64,000 nucleotides of DNA from Caldisericia bacterium (GCA_963674785.1 OY771555.1:1632001-1696000), one strand, 5' to 3'. Shown: positions 9,680 through 19,602, counted from the first letter of the stretch. Translations and numbers: made by a program. The notes: a model not told the origin generated them from the sequence alone.

Positions 9680-12600
9680 ATGAAGTTATCGTTAAAAAGA
9701 CGACTCTCCGCCTTCGTAGCGGTTACAATTACTTTTGCTCTACTTTTCTCAGCTATTTCAGTTCCAGCAACTGTCAACGCTGAAGCGGTAGAATTCCTAC
9801 CATTCACAGTAGTTTTTACTGGTGGAATGCATGGTAATGTTGAGCCTTTTGATTTTGGTGGAGAAAGCAATTTTGGTGGATTTGCTAAAGCAAAAACAAA
9901 GATCGATGAAATCAGGAAAGAACTCGAAGAAGACAGAACCTGGTGGCGTTTTGGTGGTAACACCCTCGTTCTCGATGTTGGAAACGCAATCATGGGTAGC
10001 AAAACCGGTTCTTTGTTTGCAAGCAAAAACCTTCAGGATGTCCATCCAACAATCAGAGCAATGAACATGATCGGTTATGATGCCATGGTTTATGGTGCCG
10101 GCGAATTCTCAATGAATAAGTCAATCAGAGATGCGTTGGTTTCACAGTCAGACTTCCCATGGATAACCGCCAATGTTGTTGTTGGTAAAGAGAGAAATAA
10201 ACTTCCAAAGGGCGAATATGTCATGAAGGTTTACAAGATCCCAACTGCAGCACATCCACTCAGATACGGTGTCGTTGGCCTTACAAACCCAGCAGTTTTC
10301 ACTTGGGAAAACCCAGGCAACCTCATGCTTGGTTCAAATGAGCTTCAGCTTGAAGATTATGTAGACAAAGCACAGGAGCACGCAGAAACCCTTAAAGAGA
10401 CAGGTGAAAAAGCCGATTTCATTATTATCGCAACCGACCTTGGACTTGAAAAGAATGCAGATGGCTCATGGAAGGAAAACCTTCTTTGGGAGGCCATCCA
10501 GAATATTACACATATTGACTTTGTATGTTCATCATCAACAGGTGTTTCATTCCAGCAGGAAACAATCGTTGTTTCTGGTCTCGGTGGAAAACTTCACGAG
10601 ACAATGGTTTGCCAGCTTCCAGAAGATGGCGTAACGATGGGTAGAATGGATTTTGTTCTCGAAAAATGCACATGCCCAGTCAAGCCATATGTTTTCAGAA
10701 AAGTTAACAGCAGAAGACAGATGAAGTCTCGTTTTGTTTCACTTGACCAGTCTGTTACACCTAGTGCTGAAGTCATGCAGGATTTCAAATCAGCAAAGAT
10801 ACTTATGGATGATGAGTTCAGCCAGAAGATCGGTGAAGTCAATTGCACAATCGATACCACAAGCGCAAGAAGAGGCGACTCAGAAGTCGCACAGCTTGCA
10901 TGCGACATCATGATGCAGGAAACCGGTGCCCAGATCGCATTTACAGATATTTGGACAACATCTGCAAAGATTGACAAAGGATCATTCACACAGGGTGACC
11001 TTTTTGATATTTTCCCAAAAGACGCAAAGATTTACTCAATGAATCTTACTGGAGCACAGGTCAAAGCTGCACTTGAGCATTCAGCGTCACTTTTCAATAC
11101 TGAAGCAGATACAAACTTTATCGTTGCCAAAGGTGTCGATTACTACATCGATATCAGACCTGGTAAAGATAAAGTTGGATATATCAAAATAAATGGTGTC
11201 GACCTTGATATGAACAAAACATACAAGGTAGCAACCAACAGTTACATTGCACTTGGTCAGGGTGGTTATGACTTTAGTGGCGTTCAGATGACAGAACACA
11301 AAGATCTTAGCAAAACAATCCAAACCTATATCAGAAGAAATAGTGGAAAATGGGATTGTGGCCGTTCAAAGAATTGGTTTGTTGTTCCAGATTATCTTTA
11401 CCATTGGTCAAACCCATACGTAGATGTTCTTATGGAAAAATCAATTGTTAGTGGTGACCAGTTCGGAAGATATGAACCAGACAACTTTATCAACAGAGCA
11501 GCAGCTGCTGTTATGTGTCTCAATATCTATGACCATCCAAAAGCAACACCAGCAACCGGTCACTTTGCAGATGTCTCCACAAAACATTGGGCATACCCAT
11601 ATATTGAGGGTGGAGTTAACAAAGGAATGTGGTTCTGGTTATCAGGTAACTATGGACTAAATACAAATGCTACCAGAGAAGAAATCATGGTTAACATGGT
11701 TGTTTCATCTGGTGACAAAGCAAAAGCAGAATCACTTTCAGCAGAAGATATTGCTTACTTCGAGTCAAACTTTATTGATGCAAGTGAGTGTTCAGCTTGG
11801 GCAAAAAATTATGTTGCTTATGCCACAAAGATTGGTCTTGTTGCAGGATATGCAGCAGATGGCGGAAAGTTTAGCATCAAACCAAAAAACAATATCAGAC
11901 GTTCAGAGGTTGCAACCCTTATGGCCAGAGCAAGATTCCCAACTGTTGCAATTATGGGAACAGCTGATGTAAGAACAGAAGTTGACCAGTGGAGAATTGA
12001 CCCAGACGCAGACAAGCCAGTTGGTGGAGCTCAGGGTCTTGCATACACAATTGGTAATCTCAAAGGTTCATATGGTGCCAACTTGCTCGTTGATGCTGGT
12101 GGATTCTGCCAGGGAACAGCATGGGCAGAACTTGCAGATGGAACAATGGCAACTGGACTTATCAATACTCTCGGATATGATGCGGTAACATTTGGAACAC
12201 CAGAATTCTATCTTGGTAATGACGCAGTCAAAAAGCTCGTTGCAGATATTGAAGTACCTGTTCTTGCTGCCAATGTTGAAGGTGTTGACGGAACAGAGAA
12301 ATCCTTTATCAAGGAAATCAATGGAATCAAAGTCGGTGTTGTCGGAGCAGTTACACCTGACACAACAAAATATGTTTGCGAAGATGTCCTTGGTGGAGTA
12401 ACAATTTCTGACATGGCCGATGCAATTAATGCCGAAGCAACCTCACTTAAGTCAAATGGTGCAGAGATTGTTGTTGCTATCACATCAGCTCCTGGTTATA
12501 TCGAATTTGGACAGACACCAGAAGATGGATTTAACGGTCCAGCAGAAGAACTTGCTAGCAGTCTCAATGGCGTAAATATCATGTTTGTTTCTGGTTCACC

Positions 12601-13459
12601 AGAGCCATTCGTTGCCCCATCAGGAAATCTTTGGGTAATTGGTGCAGGAGCAGATGGTTCAACCCTCGGACTTGCAAAAGTAAGATTCGACACAAAAAAC
12701 AGAACCATTGACAATATTGACGCAACCAATGAATACACATTCAATGAGCCAGCATCAGTTAGTGCTACTGCAACAGAGCTTTGGAGCTCAGTTGAAAAGT
12801 TTGTTACCTCAAAGAAATCTGAACTCAAGTCAGCATACGAAAGAGTAATCGCTTCAACAGAAACAGGACTCAACCTTGACGATTCAAACGAATCAAGACT
12901 CGGTAACGTCATTACATCATCAGTTGCAGACGAACTCGGCGTTGATATTGTTATGCTTCCATCAGACTTTGCACGTGGAACAGGATTTGCCCCAGGAAAT
13001 ATTACAGTTGGAAATGTGTATGAATCACTTCCAGTCGAAGATACATGGGTAATCGGAACCGTTCAGGGTAAAAAACTCAAAGACATTGCAGAATCATCAG
13101 TTTCTGGTGAGCGTGCAGTCCTTCAGACACATGGTCTTGTCTTCCTCTTCTCAAGAAGCTCAGAACCAGGAAACCGTGTAACCGAGCTCTTCATTGGTAA
13201 AGGTATCACATACCAGCCAGACGAAGGAAACAGAGTTGGTGTCAAGTTCAACAGCAAAGATGAATTCAAGATTGCAATCCCAGCAAGCGAATTCTACACT
13301 CTTCCATCATTTGGTCACGAAGTGTTTGCCAAAGTTGTAACCGATGTTAAATCAGCTTGTGTTCCATTAAGATCAACATTTATCAAATACCTCGAAAGCA
13401 TGACAGAAGCTGGCGAAAAAGTAAATATGGAGATCGAAGAGCGCTTCAAAGAACCTTGA
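9680..13459 (+). CDS. Secreted tandem 5'-nucleotidase/metallophosphoesterase-like protein with three central SLH motifs; catalytic motifs degenerate
   Basis: Two CpdB/UshA-like modules (MNMIGYDAM, FPWITANV, YKVATNSYIALG; LGYDAV, PVLAANV, ESRLGNVI) flank SLH repeats (HWAYPYIE, SAWAKNYV, IRRSEVA; ~11402-11935). SD AAGGAGG. Confidence 0.85.
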   Translation: MKLSLKRRLSAFVAVTITFALLFSAISVPATVNAEAVEFLPFTVVFTGGMHGNVEPFDFGGESNFGGFAKAKTKIDEIRKELEEDRTWWRFGGNTLVLDVGNAIMGSKTGSLFASKNLQDVHPTIRAMNMIGYDAMVYGAGEFSMNKSIRDALVSQSDFPWITANVVVGKERNKLPKGEYVMKVYKIPTAAHPLRYGVVGLTNPAVFTWENPGNLMLGSNELQLEDYVDKAQEHAETLKETGEKADFIIIATDLGLEKNADGSWKENLLWEAIQNITHIDFVCSSSTGVSFQQETIVVSGLGGKLHETMVCQLPEDGVTMGRMDFVLEKCTCPVKPYVFRKVNSRRQMKSRFVSLDQSVTPSAEVMQDFKSAKILMDDEFSQKIGEVNCTIDTTSARRGDSEVAQLACDIMMQETGAQIAFTDIWTTSAKIDKGSFTQGDLFDIFPKDAKIYSMNLTGAQVKAALEHSASLFNTEADTNFIVAKGVDYYIDIRPGKDKVGYIKINGVDLDMNKTYKVATNSYIALGQGGYDFSGVQMTEHKDLSKTIQTYIRRNSGKWDCGRSKNWFVVPDYLYHWSNPYVDVLMEKSIVSGDQFGRYEPDNFINRAAAAVMCLNIYDHPKATPATGHFADVSTKHWAYPYIEGGVNKGMWFWLSGNYGLNTNATREEIMVNMVVSSGDKAKAESLSAEDIAYFESNFIDASECSAWAKNYVAYATKIGLVAGYAADGGKFSIKPKNNIRRSEVATLMARARFPTVAIMGTADVRTEVDQWRIDPDADKPVGGAQGLAYTIGNLKGSYGANLLVDAGGFCQGTAWAELADGTMATGLINTLGYDAVTFGTPEFYLGNDAVKKLVADIEVPVLAANVEGVDGTEKSFIKEINGIKVGVVGAVTPDTTKYVCEDVLGGVTISDMADAINAEATSLKSNGAEIVVAITSAPGYIEFGQTPEDGFNGPAEELASSLNGVNIMFVSGSPEPFVAPSGNLWVIGAGADGSTLGLAKVRFDTKNRTIDNIDATNEYTFNEPASVSATATELWSSVEKFVTSKKSELKSAYERVIASTETGLNLDDSNESRLGNVITSSVADELGVDIVMLPSDFARGTGFAPGNITVGNVYESLPVEDTWVIGTVQGKKLKDIAESSVSGERAVLQTHGLVFLFSRSSEPGNRVTELFIGKGITYQPDEGNRVGVKFNSKDEFKIAIPASEFYTLPSFGHEVFAKVVTDVKSACVPLRSTFIKYLESMTEAGEKVNMEIEERFKEP

Positions 13460-13485
13460 TCTTTGAAGAAACTTAGTTAATAAAC

Positions 13486-13514
13486 AAAAAGGCACCCGAG
13501 AGGGTGCCTTTTTT
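13486..13514 (+). terminator. Rho-independent terminator
   Basis: AAAAA-GGCACCC-GAGA-GGGTGCC-TTTTTT just after the 13459 stop. Confidence 0.9.
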
Positions 13515-13616
13515 ATTTGATTTGAACAGTCCTTCTTGAGTACAATTGTTTCTAATCAATCGGAGTTGGCTGTTGTCCAGTTTCAGAAAATCTTATAAGA
13601 AAGGAGTCAAAAACTC

Positions 13617-15530
13617 ATGAGAATAAAATCAAAGTTAGTAATTCTACTTACGCTAGCAATGTTAATGGTCACAATTAATATGAACTTTTCGAAAGGATTC
13701 TTGGCTCCTTCTTGGCCTATGTACTGTAAGGACTGCACCTTATCAAGTACTCAAGAAGGCTTCATCGAAGATGATATAGTATCTATTAGATTAGATTGGA
13801 TTTATGATGGATCTGAAGGGTACACATTTTATGATTTAAAATCACCTGTTTCAGCCAATGGAAAGGTAATTTTTGGAGACTCACAAGGATACTTAACATG
13901 TCTTTCTCTTGAGGATGGATCGTTTCTTTGGGGACATAATTATGCTGGAAGTATTTCTTCTGTACCAGCAATTAAAGATAAATGCGTGTATGTTACAAAT
14001 CGAACATATCTAAACTACCCAAAACAGAAACTTGATTGTTTGGATATAAATACTGGTGAAATCATATGGACTTATGAGGGTAAATATATTAGTCCAACTT
14101 CATATATTCCATTGGTAATCGATAATAAAGCTTTATACCATTGTACAAATGATGAAGACTTGAAAGTGATGTGTTTTTCAGCTGATGATGGAACCATTGT
14201 CTGGGAAAATCATCTTCATGCCAATGGTTCTATCAAGCTGCTCACGACCGAAGAAAATTATATTTATGTCGCCTATAAGTCAGAAACATTTTCAAAGTAT
14301 GTTATTGAATGTCTTGATAAAGAAACTGGTAAAACTATCAGAGAACTTAGTATTAATGATGAACTAAGAACCATCGCTGTTAATGGAAAAAACTTGTATG
14401 TCTCAAGTGGTGGGAAAACATACTGTTACGATAAAAAGAGCTTTAAAAAGAAATGGATACTTGATGAGTTTGGTTTCAATGCACAACCAGTTTTTGTTGA
14501 TGAAAATATGTATTTTTTATCATCAAAGGGATCAGGTCTTGATGCAGGAATATATTTTGTAATAGTTGATACTCTTGCGGGTGGTCTTAAATATGTTAAA
14601 AAATACAAACAATATTTACAGATTGGTGAAAGATATTTCAATTCATCAATCTCCAGGGGTGGTAAGTACTTGTTCTTTGGTAATCCAAATTCATACTTCA
14701 CATGTTTCGATAAGGAAAATGAAAGCTTTATTTGGTCATATCCTGATGTTGAATACATGGAAGACTCAGATGGAGGGATAAATTTTAATTCACCAGCAAT
14801 ACTCGAATCAAAAATACTAGCTTCTGGGGTAAATGGAAAAGTGTATTGCTTTGAAATAATTGATGAGTCACAGATAACAGATATTAGATTGAATACTGAA
14901 CATGTATATCTATACCCAAATAAAACGTTCGATTTTGATGTTGAAATGTACACAGATGACTTAGAAATTGATCCTCTTTCCCATATAGATGCGACCTGGT
15001 CTGTTGAACCTGAATCTCTGGGCATAATAGATGATAACGGTTTGTTCACTGCAGGAGAGGAATCAGGAGAAGGCTTTATTAGAGTAAAATTCAAAGACTT
15101 TGAAGCTACTGCAAAAATCACAATTGACAAAGAACCTGAAAAAAGGAATGTATTGAAATTTGTGCTTGGTGAGAAAGTCTATTTTTATAAGAGTGCAAAA
15201 AAAGAAATGGATTGCCCTCTGACGATTATAGATGGAAGAACTTTTATTGATGTTTCCATTATTCCAAATTCATTTTTTGGTGACTCCATATACATAGAAA
15301 CTGAAGATAGAGCAATGTGTCGCTTAGAAGCCAACAACATATGGTTTGAGAAAGATAACCCGGTTGCGATTCTTAATGGAAAACCGATTCAGATTGACCC
15401 ACACAACAAAAACTTATCTCCATACGAAATAAATGGTAGGTTACTTGTTCCTCTTCGGTTTCAGGCAGAGTCGCTTGGTTGTAAGACTAAATGGATAGCT
15501 GACACAAAAGAAGTTGAAGTTGAGTTTTAA
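13617..15530 (+). CDS. Secreted PQQ-like (BamB-type) beta-propeller protein with Ig-like and stalk domains
   Basis: Signal peptide; repeats such as SPVSANGKVIFG..LTCLSLEDGSFLW; C-terminal GRLLVPLRFQAESLGCKTKW. Confidence 0.82.
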   Translation: MRIKSKLVILLTLAMLMVTINMNFSKGFLAPSWPMYCKDCTLSSTQEGFIEDDIVSIRLDWIYDGSEGYTFYDLKSPVSANGKVIFGDSQGYLTCLSLEDGSFLWGHNYAGSISSVPAIKDKCVYVTNRTYLNYPKQKLDCLDINTGEIIWTYEGKYISPTSYIPLVIDNKALYHCTNDEDLKVMCFSADDGTIVWENHLHANGSIKLLTTEENYIYVAYKSETFSKYVIECLDKETGKTIRELSINDELRTIAVNGKNLYVSSGGKTYCYDKKSFKKKWILDEFGFNAQPVFVDENMYFLSSKGSGLDAGIYFVIVDTLAGGLKYVKKYKQYLQIGERYFNSSISRGGKYLFFGNPNSYFTCFDKENESFIWSYPDVEYMEDSDGGINFNSPAILESKILASGVNGKVYCFEIIDESQITDIRLNTEHVYLYPNKTFDFDVEMYTDDLEIDPLSHIDATWSVEPESLGIIDDNGLFTAGEESGEGFIRVKFKDFEATAKITIDKEPEKRNVLKFVLGEKVYFYKSAKKEMDCPLTIIDGRTFIDVSIIPNSFFGDSIYIETEDRAMCRLEANNIWFEKDNPVAILNGKPIQIDPHNKNLSPYEINGRLLVPLRFQAESLGCKTKWIADTKEVEVEF

Positions 15531-15584
15531 AGATTGATATTTTCAAAAAAGCTTTAATATTGCATAAAAGGAAGGGATTTATAT

Positions 15585-16310
15585 ATGCCTGGAAGACTGG
15601 TATTAACACACAAGATTGATGAGATACACCGAAGGTTTAAGGTAGAATTACCTTCTGTTTTCTGGGATATTCCTGGGCAAACAGATGATGAAAAAATCTT
15701 ATCAGATTCTATTGTTCCCAGGTATAATATTACTCCAACCCAAAACCTTCTATGTGTTACGGGGGATGAGGGGTTAAGAGAAACAAGATTCATGAAATGG
15801 GGGCTAGTTCCATTCTGGGCAAAAGACGTAAACATTGGCAATAAGATGATAAATGCAAGATCAGAAACCGTTTCATCGAAGCCAGCTTTCAGAAATTCGT
15901 TCAAAAGAAAAAGGTGTATTATTCCTATAACGGGCTTTTATGAGTGGAAAAACTCTGGATATGGGGCAAAGCAGCCTTATTATTTTAAAAAGAAAGATGA
16001 CAGCATAATATCATTTGCGGGGCTTTGGGAAAGCTGGACAGGTGATGGTAAGAATCACCTTTATACATGTTCGATTGTTACAACTGAACCGAATAAGCTT
16101 ATTGGGGAAATCCATCACCGAATGGGGCTTATTCTTCCGGAAAAGGGAGTGAATATTTGGTTATCACAGAACTCAAACAGGGATGATTTAAAAGAGCTGA
16201 TGAAGCCGTATGAAGCCAATGATCTTGAGTGTTATCCTGTGTCAAAGCTTTGTAATTCACCTGAGAACGATAACGTAGAATGTATTGAACCCGAAAAAAG
16301 GCTTATTTAG
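15585..16310 (+). CDS. SOS response-associated peptidase (SRAP/YedK/HMCES family), Pro2 variant
   Basis: PRYNITPTQ, MKWGLVPFW, INARSET, RCIIPITGFYEW, FAGLW and IHHRM motifs; N-terminus is MPGR, not MCGR. Confidence 0.92.
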   Translation: MPGRLVLTHKIDEIHRRFKVELPSVFWDIPGQTDDEKILSDSIVPRYNITPTQNLLCVTGDEGLRETRFMKWGLVPFWAKDVNIGNKMINARSETVSSKPAFRNSFKRKRCIIPITGFYEWKNSGYGAKQPYYFKKKDDSIISFAGLWESWTGDGKNHLYTCSIVTTEPNKLIGEIHHRMGLILPEKGVNIWLSQNSNRDDLKELMKPYEANDLECYPVSKLCNSPENDNVECIEPEKRLI

Positions 16311-17023
16311 GATTCAAGGATTTCTTCCAGGGCGTCCCTGGCTGCTTCCATTTCGGCAGCTTTTTTTGATTCACCTGTACCGAAAAAGCTCTTTTTGCCA
16401 ACGGTGACTTTGGCATCAAATGATGTGTTACTCCCATCGATTTTTTCTGAAATAATTTTGTAGTCTGGGTATCCAAGTTTTTTTTCGGCACTTATTCTCT
16501 GAAGTTTGCTCTTTGGATCTTCCGAGATATTCGCTTCAAGAAGAAGATCAAGCCTTGTGATCATATATTTTACAATGTTGAATCCACGTGATAAAAATAA
16601 AGCACCAATTACTGATTCAAACATGTCGCAAAGATTTGAGTCACGATTCCTTCCGCCTGTTGATTCTTCGCCAGAGCCAAGCCTCATACATTCCCCGACG
16701 CCGAGTCTCCTGGCGGAATCCGCAAGAGCATTTTTTGATACAATTGAAGCCCTCGCACGTGTCATTTTGCCTTCGTCCCACCCTGAGTGTTTATTAAAAA
16801 GGTTTTCAGCAGTATAGAGCCCTAAAACTGCATCACCGAGGAACTCGAGCCTTTGGTATGATTCACCACCATTTTCAGCGGTAAAGGATGGATGAGTAAG
16901 GGCTGTTAGAAAAATATCTTTGTCTTTTTTTGCAAATTTTAGTTTTCGAAAAAGAGTTCGTTGAGCAGGTGTTAATGAGATGTCAGGAAATTGCTTCTGA
17001 AATCTTTTCAACAAGTTTACCAT
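16307..17023 (-). CDS. rnc: Ribonuclease III
   Basis: ALTHPS, YQRLEFLGDAVL, DMFESVIGA; dsRBD DPKSKLQ...GESKKAAEMEAA. Start placed at ATG 17023 behind AGGTG. Confidence 0.95.
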   Translation of the reverse strand: MVNLLKRFQKQFPDISLTPAQRTLFRKLKFAKKDKDIFLTALTHPSFTAENGGESYQRLEFLGDAVLGLYTAENLFNKHSGWDEGKMTRARASIVSKNALADSARRLGVGECMRLGSGEESTGGRNRDSNLCDMFESVIGALFLSRGFNIVKYMITRLDLLLEANISEDPKSKLQRISAEKKLGYPDYKIISEKIDGSNTSFDAKVTVGKKSFFGTGESKKAAEMEAARDALEEILES

Positions 17024-17972
17024 CGGCACACCTGATCGCCTGTCTTATTGCTGATGCTATTGTTTTCCCGTCAGAAACGCCATGAGAAACAATTGATACA
17101 CCCTTTACACCCAAGAGAGGTGCTCCACCATACTCTGAATAGTCCAATAGTTTTTTAATTTTTGAGAAATGCTTTCTGATTAGAAGTCCACCAATTTTTG
17201 AAACAAATGTGGTCGATATAACTTCTTTAAACAGACCGATGAGGTCTTTGCCCATGCCTTCAACTGATTTGAGCAAGATGTTTCCAGAAAAGCCATCGGT
17301 CACAAGAACATCAGCTTCACCCCTAAGAATATGTCTTGACTCCATATTGCCGATGAAGTTTATGTTCTGGCTTTTTGAAAGCAATTTGTAGGCAGCTTTT
17401 GCGAGCTCCGAACCCTTTTCAGCCTCTTCGCCGACATTTAAAAGAGCTACTTTTGGTGATTCGATTCCGATTACGTGTTCAACGAAAGCTGAAGTCATAA
17501 CCGCAAAGTCGAGTATATTTTTTGGTTTAGCGTCAACAACTGTTCCACTATCACACATAAATGTGAACCCACCATTAATTGATGGAACCGCGGTCATGAT
17601 TCCGGGTCTGTCAACTCCCTTGATCCTTCCAAGGGTAAACAGTGCGCCGGCCATTTGTGCACCTGTGTTTCCAGCAGAAACCACAGCATCACACTTTCCA
17701 TCGGCAACCAATCTTGTCGCAACAAGAATTGAGGCATCTTTCTTTTTCCTGATTATCTCACTAGGTAAGTCAGCCATCGTGGCAACTTCTTCACAGTGAA
17801 CAATAGGAAAACTGAATGGAGAATTCTGATGTTTCAGAGTTCTCTCAATAACATCCCTGTCACCAACAAGTGTTATGTCTACGTCAAATTTTTTTCTGGC
17901 GAGGATAGCCCCAGCGATAATCTCGTCGGGGGCATTATCTCCACCCATCGCATCAAGAGCGACTTGAATCAA
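16983..17972 (-). CDS. plsX: Phosphate acyltransferase PlsX
   Basis: VALDAMGGDNAP, VSAGNTGA, LLNVGEEAEKG, TDGFSGN, YGGAPLLGV. Confidence 0.96.
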   Translation of the reverse strand: MIQVALDAMGGDNAPDEIIAGAILARKKFDVDITLVGDRDVIERTLKHQNSPFSFPIVHCEEVATMADLPSEIIRKKKDASILVATRLVADGKCDAVVSAGNTGAQMAGALFTLGRIKGVDRPGIMTAVPSINGGFTFMCDSGTVVDAKPKNILDFAVMTSAFVEHVIGIESPKVALLNVGEEAEKGSELAKAAYKLLSKSQNINFIGNMESRHILRGEADVLVTDGFSGNILLKSVEGMGKDLIGLFKEVISTTFVSKIGGLLIRKHFSKIKKLLDYSEYGGAPLLGVKGVSIVSHGVSDGKTIASAIRQAIRCADGKLVEKISEAIS

Positions 17973-18172
17973 ACTTCAGCCTTCTTTTCCTTCTTCACTT
18001 TTGGTGCGACAATAAGTTCACCACCATAGTAACCACAGAACGGACATACTCTATGAGAGTGGATTGGTTTTCCACAATTACTGCATGATGATAAGTTTGG
18101 AACGTCTATCTTCTGATGCGCCCTTCTAAGCCTGCGTCTTCTTGGCGTCTGTTTTTTCTTGGGCTGTGCCAT
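17969..18172 (-). CDS. rpmF: 50S ribosomal protein L32 (Zn-ribbon form)
   Basis: MAQPKKK...CSNCG..IHSHRVCPFCGYY; canonical rpmF-plsX order; GGAG SD. Confidence 0.95.
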   Translation of the reverse strand: MAQPKKKQTPRRRRLRRAHQKIDVPNLSSCSNCGKPIHSHRVCPFCGYYGGELIVAPKVKKEKKAEV

Positions 18173-18217
18173 ATTACATATCTCCAATCTTTGCCTTACT
18201 TAAATTAGCAACCAGCA

Positions 18218-18276
18218 AGTATATTTAATGGTTTTTGTCTGTCAAGCCTTGACAGGTGAGGGTTAGATTATAGAAT
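18218..18276. promoter_or_regulatory. Back-to-back divergent sigma70-type promoters for rpmF (-) and rpsT (+)
   Basis: Minus: TTGACA (18240-45), 16 bp, TATACT (18218-23). Plus: TTGACA (18249-54), 16 bp, TAGAAT (18271-76). Confidence 0.75.
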
Positions 18277-18312
18277 TGCTCTCGATATTTATCAAGGAGA
18301 AGGATGTATAAT

Positions 18313-18582
18313 ATGCCTCTTAGACATGATGCACAGTTAAAGTCTGTAAGACAGTCAAAAAGAAGAAGAATGCGCAATGTTTCTCAGAAGTCAGAAACAA
18401 AGACCGCACTTAAAAAAGCTCTCACTGCTCTCGGAACTGAGAATGCAGAAGATAGCGTAAGATATGCAATCAAAAAATTGGATAAGCTTGAAGCCCATGG
18501 CATTCTTCATAAAAACACAGTAGCGAGAAAAAAATCTCGTCTTATGAAAAGATTCAACAACTCCCTTAATAGCGAAGAATAA
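18313..18582 (+). CDS. rpsT: 30S ribosomal protein S20
   Basis: KSVRQSKRRRMRN..KSETKTALKK...LDKL...GILHKNTVARKKSRL. The start could instead be 18304. Confidence 0.95.
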   Translation: MPLRHDAQLKSVRQSKRRRMRNVSQKSETKTALKKALTALGTENAEDSVRYAIKKLDKLEAHGILHKNTVARKKSRLMKRFNNSLNSEE

Positions 18583-18597
18583 AAGTAGGCTTTTTAA

Positions 18598-18909
18598 ATG
18601 AGCTATCTGGTTCCTCTAATTATTAAGGGTGCGGTCATATTGACGATTGTTCTGACTCTTTTATTTGGATTTAGAGCGATCAGGGAGTTTAGACGAGGTT
18701 TGTTTGCTAGTTACTTCAAAGTGTTTATTGCTGGCATGTCGGTGATATTGCTCGCCTGGATTCTTGACTTAACCTTTACCCTTTCAAGTTTGACAGGTTT
18801 GTTATTGGTGCCAAGAATAGTCGATCTTATTGGGTTTCTAATCATTCTATTGTCAATAATCTTCCTTATTGGAAGATTACTTAATCCATATGATGGGGTT
18901 GGATTGTGA
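18598..18909 (+). CDS. Small three-TM hypothetical membrane protein
   Basis: Three hydrophobic segments; stop overlaps the next start codon. Confidence 0.7.
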   Translation: MSYLVPLIIKGAVILTIVLTLLFGFRAIREFRRGLFASYFKVFIAGMSVILLAWILDLTFTLSSLTGLLLVPRIVDLIGFLIILLSIIFLIGRLLNPYDGVGL

Positions 18910-19538
18910 TGTTTGACCCACCTAAAGGTTTTTTTGACCCACCAATTCTTGATATAAACATGGAGACTGGGATTGTCATGCCAAATTCTGGTATTAGAAC
19001 AATCATGATGGACGAGATGTTTATACTCGGTTTACAGAAGATGGTTGAGGATTTCACTGGCGAATCTGGTGGATTTATTCTTTATCATCTTGGGTATTGG
19101 TGGAGTAGAAAGCACCACGAGATGACTCTTACCCCAACTCTAAAGAGATTAGGATTCAATTCAGTTGATGAGATGCCTGAGGAAGCGTATTCCGTTGCTA
19201 TGGATAAATCCTTTGCAAGAGCCGGATTCGGAAGAGTTGAAGTAGAAGAGGGTTACAAAAAAGACAAAGAAATGTTTGAAATAAAGCTCTCAAATTCTGC
19301 CTATGCCGGTATCGTTGGCAATATTGGGAGACCTGCCTGTCACCTTTATGCAGGAATGTTCGCTGCATATTTTGAGGACTTTGTGGGGCATGAACTAGGT
19401 GTCATTGAAACAAAATGTCTTTCGACTGGTGATGATTATTGTCTGTTTGTTGCAGGACCAAGGAAGAAAATAAAAGCTGCAAGATTCTGGAAGAGTCACG
19501 GAATGACTTCAAAGGATTTTGCTAAAAAGATTAAGTAG
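18909..19538 (+). CDS. V4R (4-vinyl reductase) domain protein
   Basis: ILYHLGYWW, AGFGRVEV, RPACHLYAGMFAAYF, ETKCLSTGDDYCLF (three-Cys V4R pattern). Confidence 0.85.
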   Translation: MFDPPKGFFDPPILDINMETGIVMPNSGIRTIMMDEMFILGLQKMVEDFTGESGGFILYHLGYWWSRKHHEMTLTPTLKRLGFNSVDEMPEEAYSVAMDKSFARAGFGRVEVEEGYKKDKEMFEIKLSNSAYAGIVGNIGRPACHLYAGMFAAYFEDFVGHELGVIETKCLSTGDDYCLFVAGPRKKIKAARFWKSHGMTSKDFAKKIK

Positions 19539-19563
19539 AATATCTTTACAATTTGCAAGTTTT

Positions 19564-19595
19564 AGCCCTTCGGAAAAATACCGAAGGGCTTTTTT
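19564..19595 (+). terminator. Rho-independent terminator between convergent V4R and holA genes
   Basis: AGCCCTTCGG-AAAAATA-CCGAAGGGCT-TTTTT. Confidence 0.85.
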
Positions 19596-19602
19596 AATTT
19601 AA

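Noticed and set aside
13515-13616. Riboswitch upstream of the PQQ-propeller gene
   Set aside because: No recognisable aptamer consensus or expression platform.
14426-15130. 234-aa antisense ORF, and the many other short shadow ORFs in the track
   Set aside because: They lie within or opposite well-supported genes and have no recognisable motifs; they are explained by codon bias.
18239-18255. CTGTCAAG-C-CTTGACAG palindrome as a transcription-factor operator
   Set aside because: Fully explained by two back-to-back TTGACA -35 boxes.
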